Below are positions 10,432 to 20,111 of a stretch of 64,000 nt of DNA, piece after piece; position 1 is the stretch's first letter; every line of letters starts with the position of its first letter. The stretch is from Pseudomonadota bacterium (GTDB taxonomy: Bacteria > Pseudomonadota > Alphaproteobacteria > Caulobacterales > Parvularculaceae): assembly GCA_038745625.1 (NCBI GenBank), contig JBCDLG010000002.1, positions 310-64,309 of the forward strand, read 5' to 3'. The notes beneath the pieces are model-generated. The model was not told the origin of the DNA and did no database searches. It worked only from the letters and a program-made list of their open reading frames with translations. Position numbers and translations under genes: made by a program.

Positions 10432-10480
10432 CGTAACGACAGAACACTGCAACACTTAGCTAAGACCCCTTAAAAATTGC

Positions 10481-11068
10481 TCAAAGCCATCGCTCAACAG
10501 CGCGGGCGAGCACACGGGGATCCATCCCATCGTCAAAGGCGCGGACCGCATTTCCTTGACGATCAATGAGGAAGAACAACGATTGGTGGTCCATCGTGTA
10601 GCCAAGGGCGCTGTCGTCGAGCGGCACTTTGGCGGCGAACATCCGCAGGTTCTTGCGCGCGGTTTCCAGCGCCTCAGCCTCGCCAGTGAGGCCTAAGATA
10701 CGGTCATCGAAGCTCAAATGCTGGCGCAGCGCCTCCGGCGTGTCGCGCTCGGGATCGACGGTGATGAACAGCGGCTGGATCTGGTCGGCCTTGCTGCCAA
10801 GCGCATCAAGGCTCGCCGTCATCACCGAGAGCGAGGCCGGGCAGACGTCGGGGCAATGGGTGAAGCCAAAATAGATCAGCATCGGTTTGCCCTCGAAACG
10901 TTCATCCGAAGCGGCCTCACCGTTGTGATCAACGAGGTCGAAGTCCGCGACAAAGGCATCGGTGAGGGTGATCTCGCCAGGGACCGGTCCGCTATCACCG
11001 CAGGCAGCGAGGGTCAGAGAGAGGGTCGAGGCGAGCGCCAGCCAAAGGCGCTGTTGGTTCATCATCAT
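10481..11068 (-). CDS. senC: SCO1/SenC copper chaperone
   Basis: YFGFTHCPDVCP (CxxxC), VDPERD, conserved His in MDHQS; divergent from regB. Confidence 0.93.
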   Translation of the reverse strand: MMMNQQRLWLALASTLSLTLAACGDSGPVPGEITLTDAFVADFDLVDHNGEAASDERFEGKPMLIYFGFTHCPDVCPASLSVMTASLDALGSKADQIQPLFITVDPERDTPEALRQHLSFDDRILGLTGEAEALETARKNLRMFAAKVPLDDSALGYTMDHQSLFFLIDRQGNAVRAFDDGMDPRVLARAVERWL

Positions 11069-11097
11069 AGCGCGCGATATAGACCGAGACGCCGTGG

Positions 11098-12435
11098 ATG
11101 CCGAATGACAAGATGCCTCTGACTAACAACCCGCCCACCATTCTTCGCCAAGGGACCCTAACCGGCCTTCGTTGGTTTGCTGCTGCAGGTCAGCTGGGCG
11201 TGCTGATCGCCGTGAAGTTCGGCTTTGGTTTCGAGATCCCGTTGGGGCCGGTGCTCGTGGTCATCGCCGCGGGGGTGTGGCTCAACCTTTACACCACCTT
11301 CGCCTTCAGTCCCGCCCGGCCGCTGCGTCCCAATGAGGTCGTCTTCAGCCTGATGGTCGACACAGCGCAGATCTCAGCGATCCTCTTTCTCACCGGCGGG
11401 ATTCAGAACCCCTTCGCCCTTTGGTTGATCATGCAGGCGATGCTGGCGGCGAGCAGCCTTAGCATCCGCCGCGCGAGTCTGGTGATCGGCTTCGTCATCC
11501 TCGCCATCACGTTCCTCACGTTCTTCCACTACCCGCTGCCCTGGCGCACCGCGGACGGGTTCAACGTGCCCGAGGTCTATAAGATGGCGATGTGGTCGGC
11601 GCTGATGCTCGGCGTTGGGTTCACCAGCGCCTATGCCTACCGTGTGGCGGTCGAGGGGACGAAGCTCAATCGCGCGTTGACGGCGACCCAGCTCGCTTTG
11701 AGCCGGGAGGAGCGTCTGTCCGCCCTCGATGGCCTCGCGGCTGCCGCGGCGCATGAGCTGGGCACCCCGCTTGGCACCATCCAGGTCACTGCCCGCGAGA
11801 TGGAACGCGAGCTGCCCGATGGGCCGCTCAAAGAAGATGCGACCCTCCTCATCAGTCAGACCCAGCGCTGCCAGGCGATTCTCCAGCGCTTAAGCCAGGC
11901 AGGGGCATCGGGCGATGCGGTTCACAATGTCATATCGCTCGATGCCATGCTGCGGGAAGCGGCACGGCCCTTTATGGAGCCTGGCGACAAGCATGTTGAG
12001 TTTCGTTTCGATCCCGAAAGTGGTGCTGTTCCTGAACGCTTGATGCGCCGTCCGGAGATCATCTACGGGCTGCGCAACCTGATCGAGAACGCGGCGAAAT
12101 ATGCGTCCGAACGGGTCGATATCGGCGCCTCTTGGACGGAGGAGGCGATTGAGGTCGTCATCGCCGATGATGGCCCGGGTATCCCAGCCGACACGCTCAT
12201 GCGCCTTGGTGAGCCCTATCCTCGGCCTTCTGCGCGATCGGGTGATGGCAAAGGCGGCCTGGGCCTGGGGTTTTTCATCGCGAAAACGTTGCTTGACCGC
12301 ACCGGCGCTTCGGTCACCTTTGGCAACCAGCAAAGCAAGCCAGGCGCTTGGGTTGCGATCTCTTGGCCACTGGTCAATTTGCGTGAACGGCCCACATCTA
12401 CGTACAATGGTCAAGAAAGAGAGGCGAACGCCTGA
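11098..12435 (+). CDS. regB: RegB/PrrB/ActS redox sensor histidine kinase
   Basis: Quinone-binding TGGIQNPF, H-box AAAAHELGTPL, redox Cys in QRCQAIL, DDGPG and GLGLG boxes. Confidence 0.95.
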   Translation: MPNDKMPLTNNPPTILRQGTLTGLRWFAAAGQLGVLIAVKFGFGFEIPLGPVLVVIAAGVWLNLYTTFAFSPARPLRPNEVVFSLMVDTAQISAILFLTGGIQNPFALWLIMQAMLAASSLSIRRASLVIGFVILAITFLTFFHYPLPWRTADGFNVPEVYKMAMWSALMLGVGFTSAYAYRVAVEGTKLNRALTATQLALSREERLSALDGLAAAAAHELGTPLGTIQVTAREMERELPDGPLKEDATLLISQTQRCQAILQRLSQAGASGDAVHNVISLDAMLREAARPFMEPGDKHVEFRFDPESGAVPERLMRRPEIIYGLRNLIENAAKYASERVDIGASWTEEAIEVVIADDGPGIPADTLMRLGEPYPRPSARSGDGKGGLGLGFFIAKTLLDRTGASVTFGNQQSKPGAWVAISWPLVNLRERPTSTYNGQEREANA

Positions 12436-12983
12436 TGAGTGAAACAGCCCTCCTCCCGGAAGACGCATCCTGCCTGATCGTTGACGACGATCTACCGTTC
12501 CGCACGCGCCTGGGCCGCGCAATGGAGAAGCGTGGGTTCACCCCGATGCTGGCGGAAGGCGCTGCCGAAGCGAAAGAGCTCATCCGGCAAAAGCCGCCGA
12601 CCTTTGCTGTCGTTGATCTGCGGCTTGAGGACGGCGACGGCATCGACATCGTCAACTTCCTGCATGAGCAGCGTGCCGACGCTCGCGCGGTGATCCTCAC
12701 CGGCTATGGCAACATCACCACCGCCGTGGCGGCGGTGAAGGCTGGCGCGATCGACTACCTCGCTAAGCCAGCTGATGCTGACGATGTCTTCAAGGCGCTG
12801 ATGGCGAAAGAGGGCGAGCTCCCCGACCCGCCCGAGAACCCGATGTCCGCCGACCGGGTGCGTTGGGAGCACATCCAGCGGGTTTACGAGCTGTGCGGCC
12901 ACAACGTCTCGGAGACGGCCCGCCGCCTTGGCATGCATCGCCGGACCTTGCAGCGGATCCTCGCCAAGCGCGCCCCGCAGTAG
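12435..12983 (+). CDS. regA: RegA/PrrA/ActR response regulator
   Basis: Receiver domain plus NPMSADRVRWEHIQRVYELCGHNVSETARRLGMHRRTLQRILAKR. Confidence 0.97.
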   Translation: MSETALLPEDASCLIVDDDLPFRTRLGRAMEKRGFTPMLAEGAAEAKELIRQKPPTFAVVDLRLEDGDGIDIVNFLHEQRADARAVILTGYGNITTAVAAVKAGAIDYLAKPADADDVFKALMAKEGELPDPPENPMSADRVRWEHIQRVYELCGHNVSETARRLGMHRRTLQRILAKRAPQ

Positions 12984-13057
12984 TTCGCCGCGACACCCTC
13001 TCTTTGCACGGGAAATCTGGCATGTTAGGCCCGTTTTTATGTAACGGGGGCATCCTG

Positions 13058-13609
13058 ATGAATGTAAAAACGTTTGCGCTGCCGGCTATGGCGGCACTCA
13101 CACTCGCTGCGTGTGAAACCACTTCAACGCGGCCCTACAATCCGGCGACCGCGAACATCATGCAGGTACAAAGGGTCACCAGCGATGACACCAAGGTTTC
13201 GGTTGGCGAGTTCACTGCCGGCGAAGGTGTCGAGACGGAGCAGACCTGCCGGTTGCTCGGTGCTCTGGAGGTGATCCCAGGCGGAACGCCCATCGACTAT
13301 ATCAAGGGTGCGTTCGAGGCGGAGCTTTTCCAAGCTGGCATTCTTGATACGGATGGCCTTCCGATCCAGGGCGAAGTCACTGAGATGACTTTCAACTCTC
13401 TGGGCACCGGCAATTGGAAAATCGCTCTCAAGGTGACCTCCGAGAGCCTCCCAGATGGCTATACGGTGCGGACGGAGCAAACTTTCAAGACAAGCTACAG
13501 CGCCGTCAATGCGTGCCAAAATGTCGTTGATGCTCTCCAACCAACGGTTGCGAACCTTCTTCAACAGGTTGTGAGCGATCCACAGTTCGCTGCACTGACG
13601 GGCAACTAA
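13058..13609 (+). CDS. Hypothetical lipoprotein
   Basis: Lipobox LAAC after a hydrophobic signal peptide; two further Cys; followed by a terminator. Confidence 0.75.
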   Translation: MNVKTFALPAMAALTLAACETTSTRPYNPATANIMQVQRVTSDDTKVSVGEFTAGEGVETEQTCRLLGALEVIPGGTPIDYIKGAFEAELFQAGILDTDGLPIQGEVTEMTFNSLGTGNWKIALKVTSESLPDGYTVRTEQTFKTSYSAVNACQNVVDALQPTVANLLQQVVSDPQFAALTGN

Positions 13610-13628
13610 GAGCGAATATGTTGACGTG

Positions 13629-13667
13629 AGGTCCGGTGCGCAGGTGACGCATCGGGCCTTTCTTTTT
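13629..13667 (+). terminator. Rho-independent terminator
   Basis: AGGTCCGGTGCG-caggtga-CGCATCGGGCCT followed by TTCTTTTT. Confidence 0.75.
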
Positions 13668-13758
13668 GTGTGATTGCGGGCCGAAGCTCGATAACCGTTT
13701 CCAGGCTATGTTGTGTCGCCCGGCACGGATGGCGTCCTTGGGGCAGTCCGTTGCTGCG

Positions 13759-16062
13759 CTAGGACGTCTGCTCGGCCACCCATTCGCGGTGATGCTCATC
13801 GAGATCATAGGCCGCGATGGAGGCGAGGGTGAGAATGTCGTTCATTTGCATACCGGTCTGAACGATTTGCACCGGCTTTTCGAGACCGATCAGTGTGGGG
13901 CCAATCACCGTTGCGCCGCCAATCTCACCGAGAAGCTTCGACGCAATCCCGCCTGAATGAAGCCCAGGCATAATCAGCACGTTGGCGTTACCCGTCAGCC
14001 GACTGAAGGGGTAGATGTCGCGTAGGTCTCTGTTGAGTGCCATGCGCGGCGTCATCTCGCCCTCATACTCAAAGTCAACGTCATCGCGGCCATCAAGAAT
14101 GCTGACGGCCTGCGCGACGCGGAGCATGTTCTCCGTTCGCGGATTACCGAAGTTTGAGTGGCTGACAAAGGCCACCCGCGGCTCATGCCCGAGGGCGCGC
14201 ACCGCATGGGCCGTTTGAATGGCGATGTTCGCAAGCTCTTCAGAGGTCGGAAGTTCCGTAATCGATGTGTCGGCCATAAAGACCGTGCGGCCCTTGGCCA
14301 AGATGATCGACATGCCGATCAGACGCTCGCCTTCGCGCGGATCAAGCGCGTATTGCACGTGGCGCAGCGCGACATTGTAGTGCCGCGTGGCGCCGGTCAC
14401 CATACCGTCCGCGTGCCCCATAGCGAGCATGCAGGCCCCAAAGGCGTTTCTATCCTGGTTCACCATCCGCCGGCAGTCACGCTCAAGAAAACCTTGCCGT
14501 TGCAAGCGGCTATAAAGGTAGTCGGTGTACTGTTTGGTTTGCGCTGACTCGCGAGCGTTCCAAATCTCGACGCCATGATTGCGCCCAAGTCCCAGGCGTT
14601 CCATCGACCGGCGAACCTGATCTTCGCGGCCGATCAGGATCGCCTGGCCGAGATCTTGGTTCTGGAAGGCGTAGGCGGCGCGGATCACGACCTCCTCTTC
14701 GCCCTCGGCAAAGACGATACGTTTTTTGGGCTCGGAGCTTTTGACGTTGGCGTGGATCTTCTGAAGGAAACCCGCGGACGGATCGTTGCGGGTGGCGAGT
14801 GTCGCTTCGTATTGCGGGAAGTCGGTGATCGGCTTGCGGGCGACGCCTGTCTCGCAAGCAGCCTTGGCCACAGCGGGTGGAACCCTAGCGATCAGACGGG
14901 GGTCGAACGGGGTCGGAATGATATAGCCCGGGCCATATTGCAGGCGTGTACCGTAAGCATTAGCGACTTCGTCGGGCACATCCTCTCGGGCGAGTTCGGC
15001 CAAAGCGCGGGCGCAGGCGGCCTTCATTTCTTCATTGATCGTGCGTGCCCTGACGTCTAGCGCGCCGCGGAAGATGTAAGGGAAACCGAGGACGTTGTTC
15101 ACTTGGTTGGGATAGTCCGAGCGCCCGGTGGCCATGATTGCGTCGCCGCGGATCTGGGCCACTTGCTCCGGCGTGATTTCAGGGGTCGGGTTCGCCATCG
15201 CGAAGATGATCGGGTTCGACGCCATCGACTTGACCATGTCGGGCGTAATCGCTCCGCCCACAGAAAGACCAATTGCGACGTCAGCGCCGTCCATCGCATC
15301 GACCAGGCTGACCTTATCGGTCGCAACCGCGTGGGCCGACTGCCACTGGTTCATCTTTTTCTCGCGACCAGGCCGCAGGATGCCGGCGCGATCGCAGACC
15401 AGGACATTCTCATGCTTGACGCCGAGAGTCTTCATTAGGCTGACGACTGATAGGGCAGAGGACCCGGCGCCGGAGACGGCAACCTTCACATCGCCGATCG
15501 ACTTGCCATTGATGTCGAGGGCGTTGAGAAGGCCCGCAGCCGCGATGATCGCCGTGCCGTGCTGGTCATCGTGGAAGACGGGAATGTCCATCAGCTCTTT
15601 GAGGCGTTCCTCGATATAAAAGCTGTCCGGCGCCTGAATATCTTCGAGATTGATCCCGCCAAAAGACGGGCCGAGATGGCGGACCGCGTCGATGAACGCG
15701 TCGGGGTCTTCCGTGTCCACCTCAAGGTCGATCGAGTCGATATCGGCAAAGCGCTTGAAGAGGACCGACTTGCCCTCCATCACCGGCTTGGACGCGAGCG
15801 CGCCGAGATTACCAAGCCCCAGGATCGCGGTGCCGTTCGAGATCACCCCAACCATGTTCCCGCGGGTGGTGAGGTCATAGGAGCTATCGGGGTCCTCGGC
15901 GATTTTCTCCACCGGGACAGCGACGCCCGGCGAATAGGCCAGGGACAAATCCCGCTGCGTCGCCATAGGCTTGGTCGGCGTGACCTCAAGCTTTCCGGGT
16001 TTCCCTACGGAGTGAAAGTCGAGCGCTTCCTGGTCGGTGAATTTTGTTGTCGTATCATCCAT
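13759..16062 (-). CDS. maeB: NADP-dependent malic enzyme with PTA-like C-terminal domain
   Basis: [44 protein letters not shown]; start placed at MDDTTTKF. Confidence 0.97.
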   Translation of the reverse strand: MDDTTTKFTDQEALDFHSVGKPGKLEVTPTKPMATQRDLSLAYSPGVAVPVEKIAEDPDSSYDLTTRGNMVGVISNGTAILGLGNLGALASKPVMEGKSVLFKRFADIDSIDLEVDTEDPDAFIDAVRHLGPSFGGINLEDIQAPDSFYIEERLKELMDIPVFHDDQHGTAIIAAAGLLNALDINGKSIGDVKVAVSGAGSSALSVVSLMKTLGVKHENVLVCDRAGILRPGREKKMNQWQSAHAVATDKVSLVDAMDGADVAIGLSVGGAITPDMVKSMASNPIIFAMANPTPEITPEQVAQIRGDAIMATGRSDYPNQVNNVLGFPYIFRGALDVRARTINEEMKAACARALAELAREDVPDEVANAYGTRLQYGPGYIIPTPFDPRLIARVPPAVAKAACETGVARKPITDFPQYEATLATRNDPSAGFLQKIHANVKSSEPKKRIVFAEGEEEVVIRAAYAFQNQDLGQAILIGREDQVRRSMERLGLGRNHGVEIWNARESAQTKQYTDYLYSRLQRQGFLERDCRRMVNQDRNAFGACMLAMGHADGMVTGATRHYNVALRHVQYALDPREGERLIGMSIILAKGRTVFMADTSITELPTSEELANIAIQTAHAVRALGHEPRVAFVSHSNFGNPRTENMLRVAQAVSILDGRDDVDFEYEGEMTPRMALNRDLRDIYPFSRLTGNANVLIMPGLHSGGIASKLLGEIGGATVIGPTLIGLEKPVQIVQTGMQMNDILTLASIAAYDLDEHHREWVAEQTS

Positions 16063-16157
16063 GCCCAAGGCCTTAGCGGGCCTAGGGTTGATGGACCAGT
16101 AACGATAACGGCTGGGCCAGGCGCATTTTTTCGTTCGCCTGGCTCGGCGCGCTTGGA

Positions 16158-17156
16158 TCAGGACGGTTCGTCTGTATCCGTTGAGGAGGATGCCGCATCG
16201 CTGGCGGCGGGGGGCGTTTCTGGCGCCGCGACCCCCTCCGGTTTCCAGACGAGCGCCAGCCAACCGGCAAAGAACATCGAGGACAGCACGGTGGTGACGA
16301 CGCCGAAGATGCTCTGGATGGTAAAGCCCGCGCCGCCATTCTCGAACACGTTGAAGAACGTCAAAATGGTCTGCGTGAACCAGTCAGCGACGATGCCAAT
16401 GAGCAAGGACGCAGCAACCGCTGCGAGGCACTTCCAAAACATCGCTGTACGGAGGCTATCGGGGAACTTGCCCGCGAACGTTTGGCTGATCGCGGCCTCG
16501 TCAGCGCTCCCTTGATGGGCGATCACCGGCACGCGGAAGAGGTAATGCCGCGCGAAGCGTTGGAAGACCCAGAGGCCGACAAAGGCTGCGATGAGCCGGA
16601 CGATCAGCAGGAAGAAGCCCGCGCCGCCGCCCTGGCCGGAGAGATTGCTCATCATCACCTGGGCCTGCAAGCCGCCCATGACCATCACGATCGGGATCAG
16701 GATCAGGCCCGGCCACATCGCTGGAAGCTTGCGCAGGCCTGATGTGATGAGGGTCATTGTTTCTTCGGAGACGGCAAAGACCGGCGGCTCCGCTGTGCCA
16801 AGCTTAAAGCGATAGCCGCGGGCTTTAAGACCCACCGCATGCTGATATTCCTCCATCGCGATGATCGAGCCAAAGAGGATGCCAATCGCGCCTTGGAGAA
16901 GACCGATAAAGAGCATCGTCGTTGTGTCGCCGAAACTGACACCGCGGCCGCTTATCTGACCAAAGATGGCTGCCCGCTTGGCGTCCATCACCATGAGATC
17001 CAAAAACACTGTGATCGCGATCACGGCGATCAGCAGCGCGAGATATTGCTGCAAACCGGGGACTGCGCGCTGAGCCATATGGCGAAAGCCCGCGACGATC
17101 GAATCCGTTGCGTTGAAATCAGGGACCTGCACACGCCCCCCCGTCTCCTGCGACAT
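16158..17156 (-). CDS. Hypothetical multi-pass membrane protein
   Basis: About 6 hydrophobic helices, acidic Ser/Ala tail; start placed at MSQETG; family not recognised. Confidence 0.7.
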   Translation of the reverse strand: MSQETGGRVQVPDFNATDSIVAGFRHMAQRAVPGLQQYLALLIAVIAITVFLDLMVMDAKRAAIFGQISGRGVSFGDTTTMLFIGLLQGAIGILFGSIIAMEEYQHAVGLKARGYRFKLGTAEPPVFAVSEETMTLITSGLRKLPAMWPGLILIPIVMVMGGLQAQVMMSNLSGQGGGAGFFLLIVRLIAAFVGLWVFQRFARHYLFRVPVIAHQGSADEAAISQTFAGKFPDSLRTAMFWKCLAAVAASLLIGIVADWFTQTILTFFNVFENGGAGFTIQSIFGVVTTVLSSMFFAGWLALVWKPEGVAAPETPPAASDAASSSTDTDEPS

Positions 17157-17312
17157 GACCAAGATCTCCTCACTCTTCACGCGCGACCACACGATCTCGT
17201 TTGTGCGGTGCGGCGAGCCTGGGCAAGGGCAGTGGTGCAGATGTGATGGGGGATTTAAGGACCGCGCCAAGGACCTCTTGCCAGGGGGCATGCCGCGCGC
17301 CATCTCCACCTC

Positions 17313-17897
17313 ATGCATATTCGTACCGAAGACACGCCGAACCCGCAGTCGATGAAATTCCTGCCTGACCTGCCGGTCCTGGGCGATGGGCAGCTGGGGA
17401 TGGATTTCCCCTCACCGGGGGCGGCCAAGATCTCTCCTCTGGCCACCGCTTTGTTCGATGTCGATGGCGTGACGTCCATCTATCTCGGTGATCGTTTCGT
17501 CACCGTATCAAAAGACGAGACGAGCGAGTGGGAGCATCTGCGCCCTGCGATCCTCGGCACGCTGGCGGACTTCCTCGCCGCCGGCATCCCAGTTGTCGAC
17601 ACCGGCGCGGGCGAGGCGCAGGAGAGCGAGACCACGGCCGCTGATTACAAAGGCGAGGACCGCGAGATCGTCGAGCAGATCATCGATCTGATCGAGACCC
17701 GCGTCCGCCCCGCCGTGGCGCAAGATGGCGGCGACATCATCTTCCAGCGCTATGAGCCCGGCGACGGGATCGTCTTCCTCTCCATGCGCGGCGCCTGCGC
17801 AGGCTGCCCGTCCTCGACGATGACTTTGAAGTCCGGCGTCGAGAACCTCCTTAAACACTATGTCCCCGAGGTCACGTCCGTTGAGGCCGTGATTTAG
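17313..17897 (+). CDS. nfuA: NifU/NfuA Fe-S carrier
   Basis: TEDTPNPQSMKF N-domain; RVRPAVAQDGGDI and GACAGCPSS (CxxC). Confidence 0.95.
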   Translation: MHIRTEDTPNPQSMKFLPDLPVLGDGQLGMDFPSPGAAKISPLATALFDVDGVTSIYLGDRFVTVSKDETSEWEHLRPAILGTLADFLAAGIPVVDTGAGEAQESETTAADYKGEDREIVEQIIDLIETRVRPAVAQDGGDIIFQRYEPGDGIVFLSMRGACAGCPSSTMTLKSGVENLLKHYVPEVTSVEAVI

Positions 17898-17961
17898 ACG
17901 CACGGCAGCTGTGCACAGGAGAGGGGCTGTGCGGGCTGCTCCATGCGGCTAACTGAGGCGC

Positions 17962-18558
17962 ATGGCTTACGACACCCCACTCCCCGCTTCCGCCCAAGAG
18001 CAAGTCTTCACCGGAGCGCGCACGCGCAATGGCTGGCTGGATAAGCCGGTCACGGATGAACAGATCGAGGCAATCTACGACCTCATGAAATGGGCCCCGA
18101 CCTCGGCCAATTGTCAGCCGATGCGGACCCTGTTCCTCCGTACACAAGAGGCGAAGGAAAAGCTCAAACCGCTGCTGCTGGAAGCCAACCAGGCAAAGTC
18201 CATGGAGGCGCCGGTGGTGGCGATCATCGGCTATGACATGGAATTCTACGAAGAGCTGCCCGAGCAGTTCCCGCACACCGACGCCAAGGCTTGGTTTGTG
18301 GGCAACGACCCGCTGATCGAGGAGACGGCGTTCCGCAACGGCACGCTGCAGGGTGCCTATCTGATGCTGGCGGCCCGGATGCTGGGGCTTGATTGCGGGC
18401 CGATGTCTGGTTTCGACAAGGCAGGCGTCGATCAGGCGTTCTTCGCGGGCACCACGGTCAGATCCAACTTTATCTGCAATATCGGCTATGGCAGTGACAA
18501 AGATCTGTTCCCGCGCAGCCCAAGGCTCGCGTTTGAGAAAGCGGCCACGCTCCTATAG
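17962..18558 (+). CDS. rutE: Nitroreductase family, malonic semialdehyde reductase RutE-like
   Basis: [35 protein letters not shown]. Confidence 0.85.
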   Translation: MAYDTPLPASAQEQVFTGARTRNGWLDKPVTDEQIEAIYDLMKWAPTSANCQPMRTLFLRTQEAKEKLKPLLLEANQAKSMEAPVVAIIGYDMEFYEELPEQFPHTDAKAWFVGNDPLIEETAFRNGTLQGAYLMLAARMLGLDCGPMSGFDKAGVDQAFFAGTTVRSNFICNIGYGSDKDLFPRSPRLAFEKAATLL

Positions 18559-19175
18559 CCATCCTTGCCCTTGATACCTGCCTCTCCGCCCTGACCCTCG
18601 CCCTTGAGACAAGTGAGGGCAGGGCCGTTTCGTTCTCGGAAGAGATAGGCGTCGGCCATGCGGAGAAGGTGGCGCCCGCCTGCGCCAAGCTTTTCGAAGA
18701 GGCCGGTATCGAGGCGGCGGACCTCACCCGGATCGGCGTGACCGTTGGTCCCGGCTCTTTTATGGGCCAGCGGGTGGGCATCGCCTTTGCCAAGGGGCTG
18801 GCGATGGGTTCAGGCGCGGCGACCGTGCCGATGACCACGCTTGAGGCGATCGCGGAGGGCGCAGGCGAAGCCGCCCAGGCGCTGATCGATGCTCGGCGCG
18901 GCCAGGTCTATGCGCAGCGTTTTACGGCTGACGGCGAGCCTGAAACTGAGCCCTCGTTGATCAGTTACGAGGAGGGTCTCACCTTGTTGGATGACGGGAG
19001 GCTGGCTTTGGGGTCTGGTGTCCAGGCAGTGGACCCTGGACGCGCCGCGCCAACGATCATCGCGGCTCGGCCAGAGGCGCTGCTGGCGATCACAAAAACG
19101 AGAGCAGCAGCCCCTCTCAAGACGCTCTATCTGCGCGCGCCGGACGCCAAGCCGCCCTCCAAGGCGCCGCTATGA
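18555..19175 (+). CDS. tsaB: t6A biosynthesis protein TsaB, probable non-canonical ATA start
   Basis: [48 protein letters not shown]; the in-frame N-terminus extends upstream of the ORF-track GTG to ATA at 18555. Confidence 0.9.
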   Translation: MAILALDTCLSALTLALETSEGRAVSFSEEIGVGHAEKVAPACAKLFEEAGIEAADLTRIGVTVGPGSFMGQRVGIAFAKGLAMGSGAATVPMTTLEAIAEGAGEAAQALIDARRGQVYAQRFTADGEPETEPSLISYEEGLTLLDDGRLALGSGVQAVDPGRAAPTIIAARPEALLAITKTRAAAPLKTLYLRAPDAKPPSKAPL

Positions 19176-19609
19176 CAGTGCGGCGGGCCGTGGTCATGGA
19201 CGCGCCTGAGCTCGAGGCGCTGCATCTCACGCTCTTTCCTGAGGGCCCTTGGGACCGCGGCTTCTGGCGTCAAGCGATGGAGCGGCCCTCCGATGCGGTG
19301 CTGGTGATCGGTCAGCCGCCTCGCGGTTTTGCCCTGGTCCGGGCGGCAGCGGACGAGGCGGAGCTCTTGACGATCGGTACCGCGATCCCAGGTCAAGGCG
19401 ACGGCGGGGCGCTTGTAACAGCATCGGCCAAGGCAGCTCTCGACTTGGGCGCAGAACGCTTGTTTCTAGAGGTAAGCGCGGCCAATAGGAGCGCATTAGG
19501 GCTCTACAGCCGGATGGGGTTTGTTCGCCTGGCCACGCGCCCAGGCTATTATCGCGACGGGTCTGACGCCGAGGTGATGGCGCTCAACCTTCGTCGGCAG
19601 GAGGATTGA
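19172..19609 (+). CDS. rimI: RimI-like GNAT acetyltransferase
   Basis: EAELLTIG, FLEVSAAN..ALGLY..GF..RPGYY; follows tsaB. Confidence 0.8.
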   Translation: MTVRRAVVMDAPELEALHLTLFPEGPWDRGFWRQAMERPSDAVLVIGQPPRGFALVRAAADEAELLTIGTAIPGQGDGGALVTASAKAALDLGAERLFLEVSAANRSALGLYSRMGFVRLATRPGYYRDGSDAEVMALNLRRQED

Positions 19610-19612
19610 TCC

Positions 19613-20032
19613 ATGGATCGTTTAGAGAAAATCTGCGCTGAGAAAGGCCTCCGGATGACCGAGCAGCGACGGGTCATCACGCGAGTGATCTCTGCCTCTG
19701 ATGACCACCCGGATGTGGAGGAGATCCATCGCCGTGCGGCAGAGATCGACAGCCGAATCTCCATCGCCACCGTCTACCGGACCATGCGTTTGCTTGAGGA
19801 TTTCGATGTCGTTCAGCGCCACGACTTCCAGGACGGACACGGCCGCGCGCGCTATGAAGAAGCCGGCGCGGAGCACCATGACCACCTGATCAACGTCAAA
19901 AGCGGCGAGGTGATCGAGTTCTTCAACGAAGAGATCGAGAAGCTGCAGGAGAAGATCGCGCGGGAGCACGGTTTCCGCCTGGTCGACCATCGCCTCGAAC
20001 TTTACGGCGTGCCCGTCAGCGACGAGGGCTGA
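19613..20032 (+). CDS. fur: Fur-family regulator (alphaproteobacterial Fur/Mur type)
   Basis: RMTEQRR, DHPDVEE, ISIATVYRT, EHHDHLI, HRLELYG. Confidence 0.93.
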   Translation: MDRLEKICAEKGLRMTEQRRVITRVISASDDHPDVEEIHRRAAEIDSRISIATVYRTMRLLEDFDVVQRHDFQDGHGRARYEEAGAEHHDHLINVKSGEVIEFFNEEIEKLQEKIAREHGFRLVDHRLELYGVPVSDEG

Positions 20033-20111
20033 ATAAACATCGCCGCCTGAGCATTGAGATGATACCATTTCGCATCTAACCCAGAGGCAATCTCTGGGGG
20101 GAGAGCTATCC

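Noticed and set aside
10481-12983. senC-regB-regA cluster as a novel system
   Set aside because: Well-known alphaproteobacterial redox locus with all canonical motifs
12984-13057. RegA-binding site upstream of the lipoprotein
   Set aside because: Only one GCGAC half-site, with no matching second half
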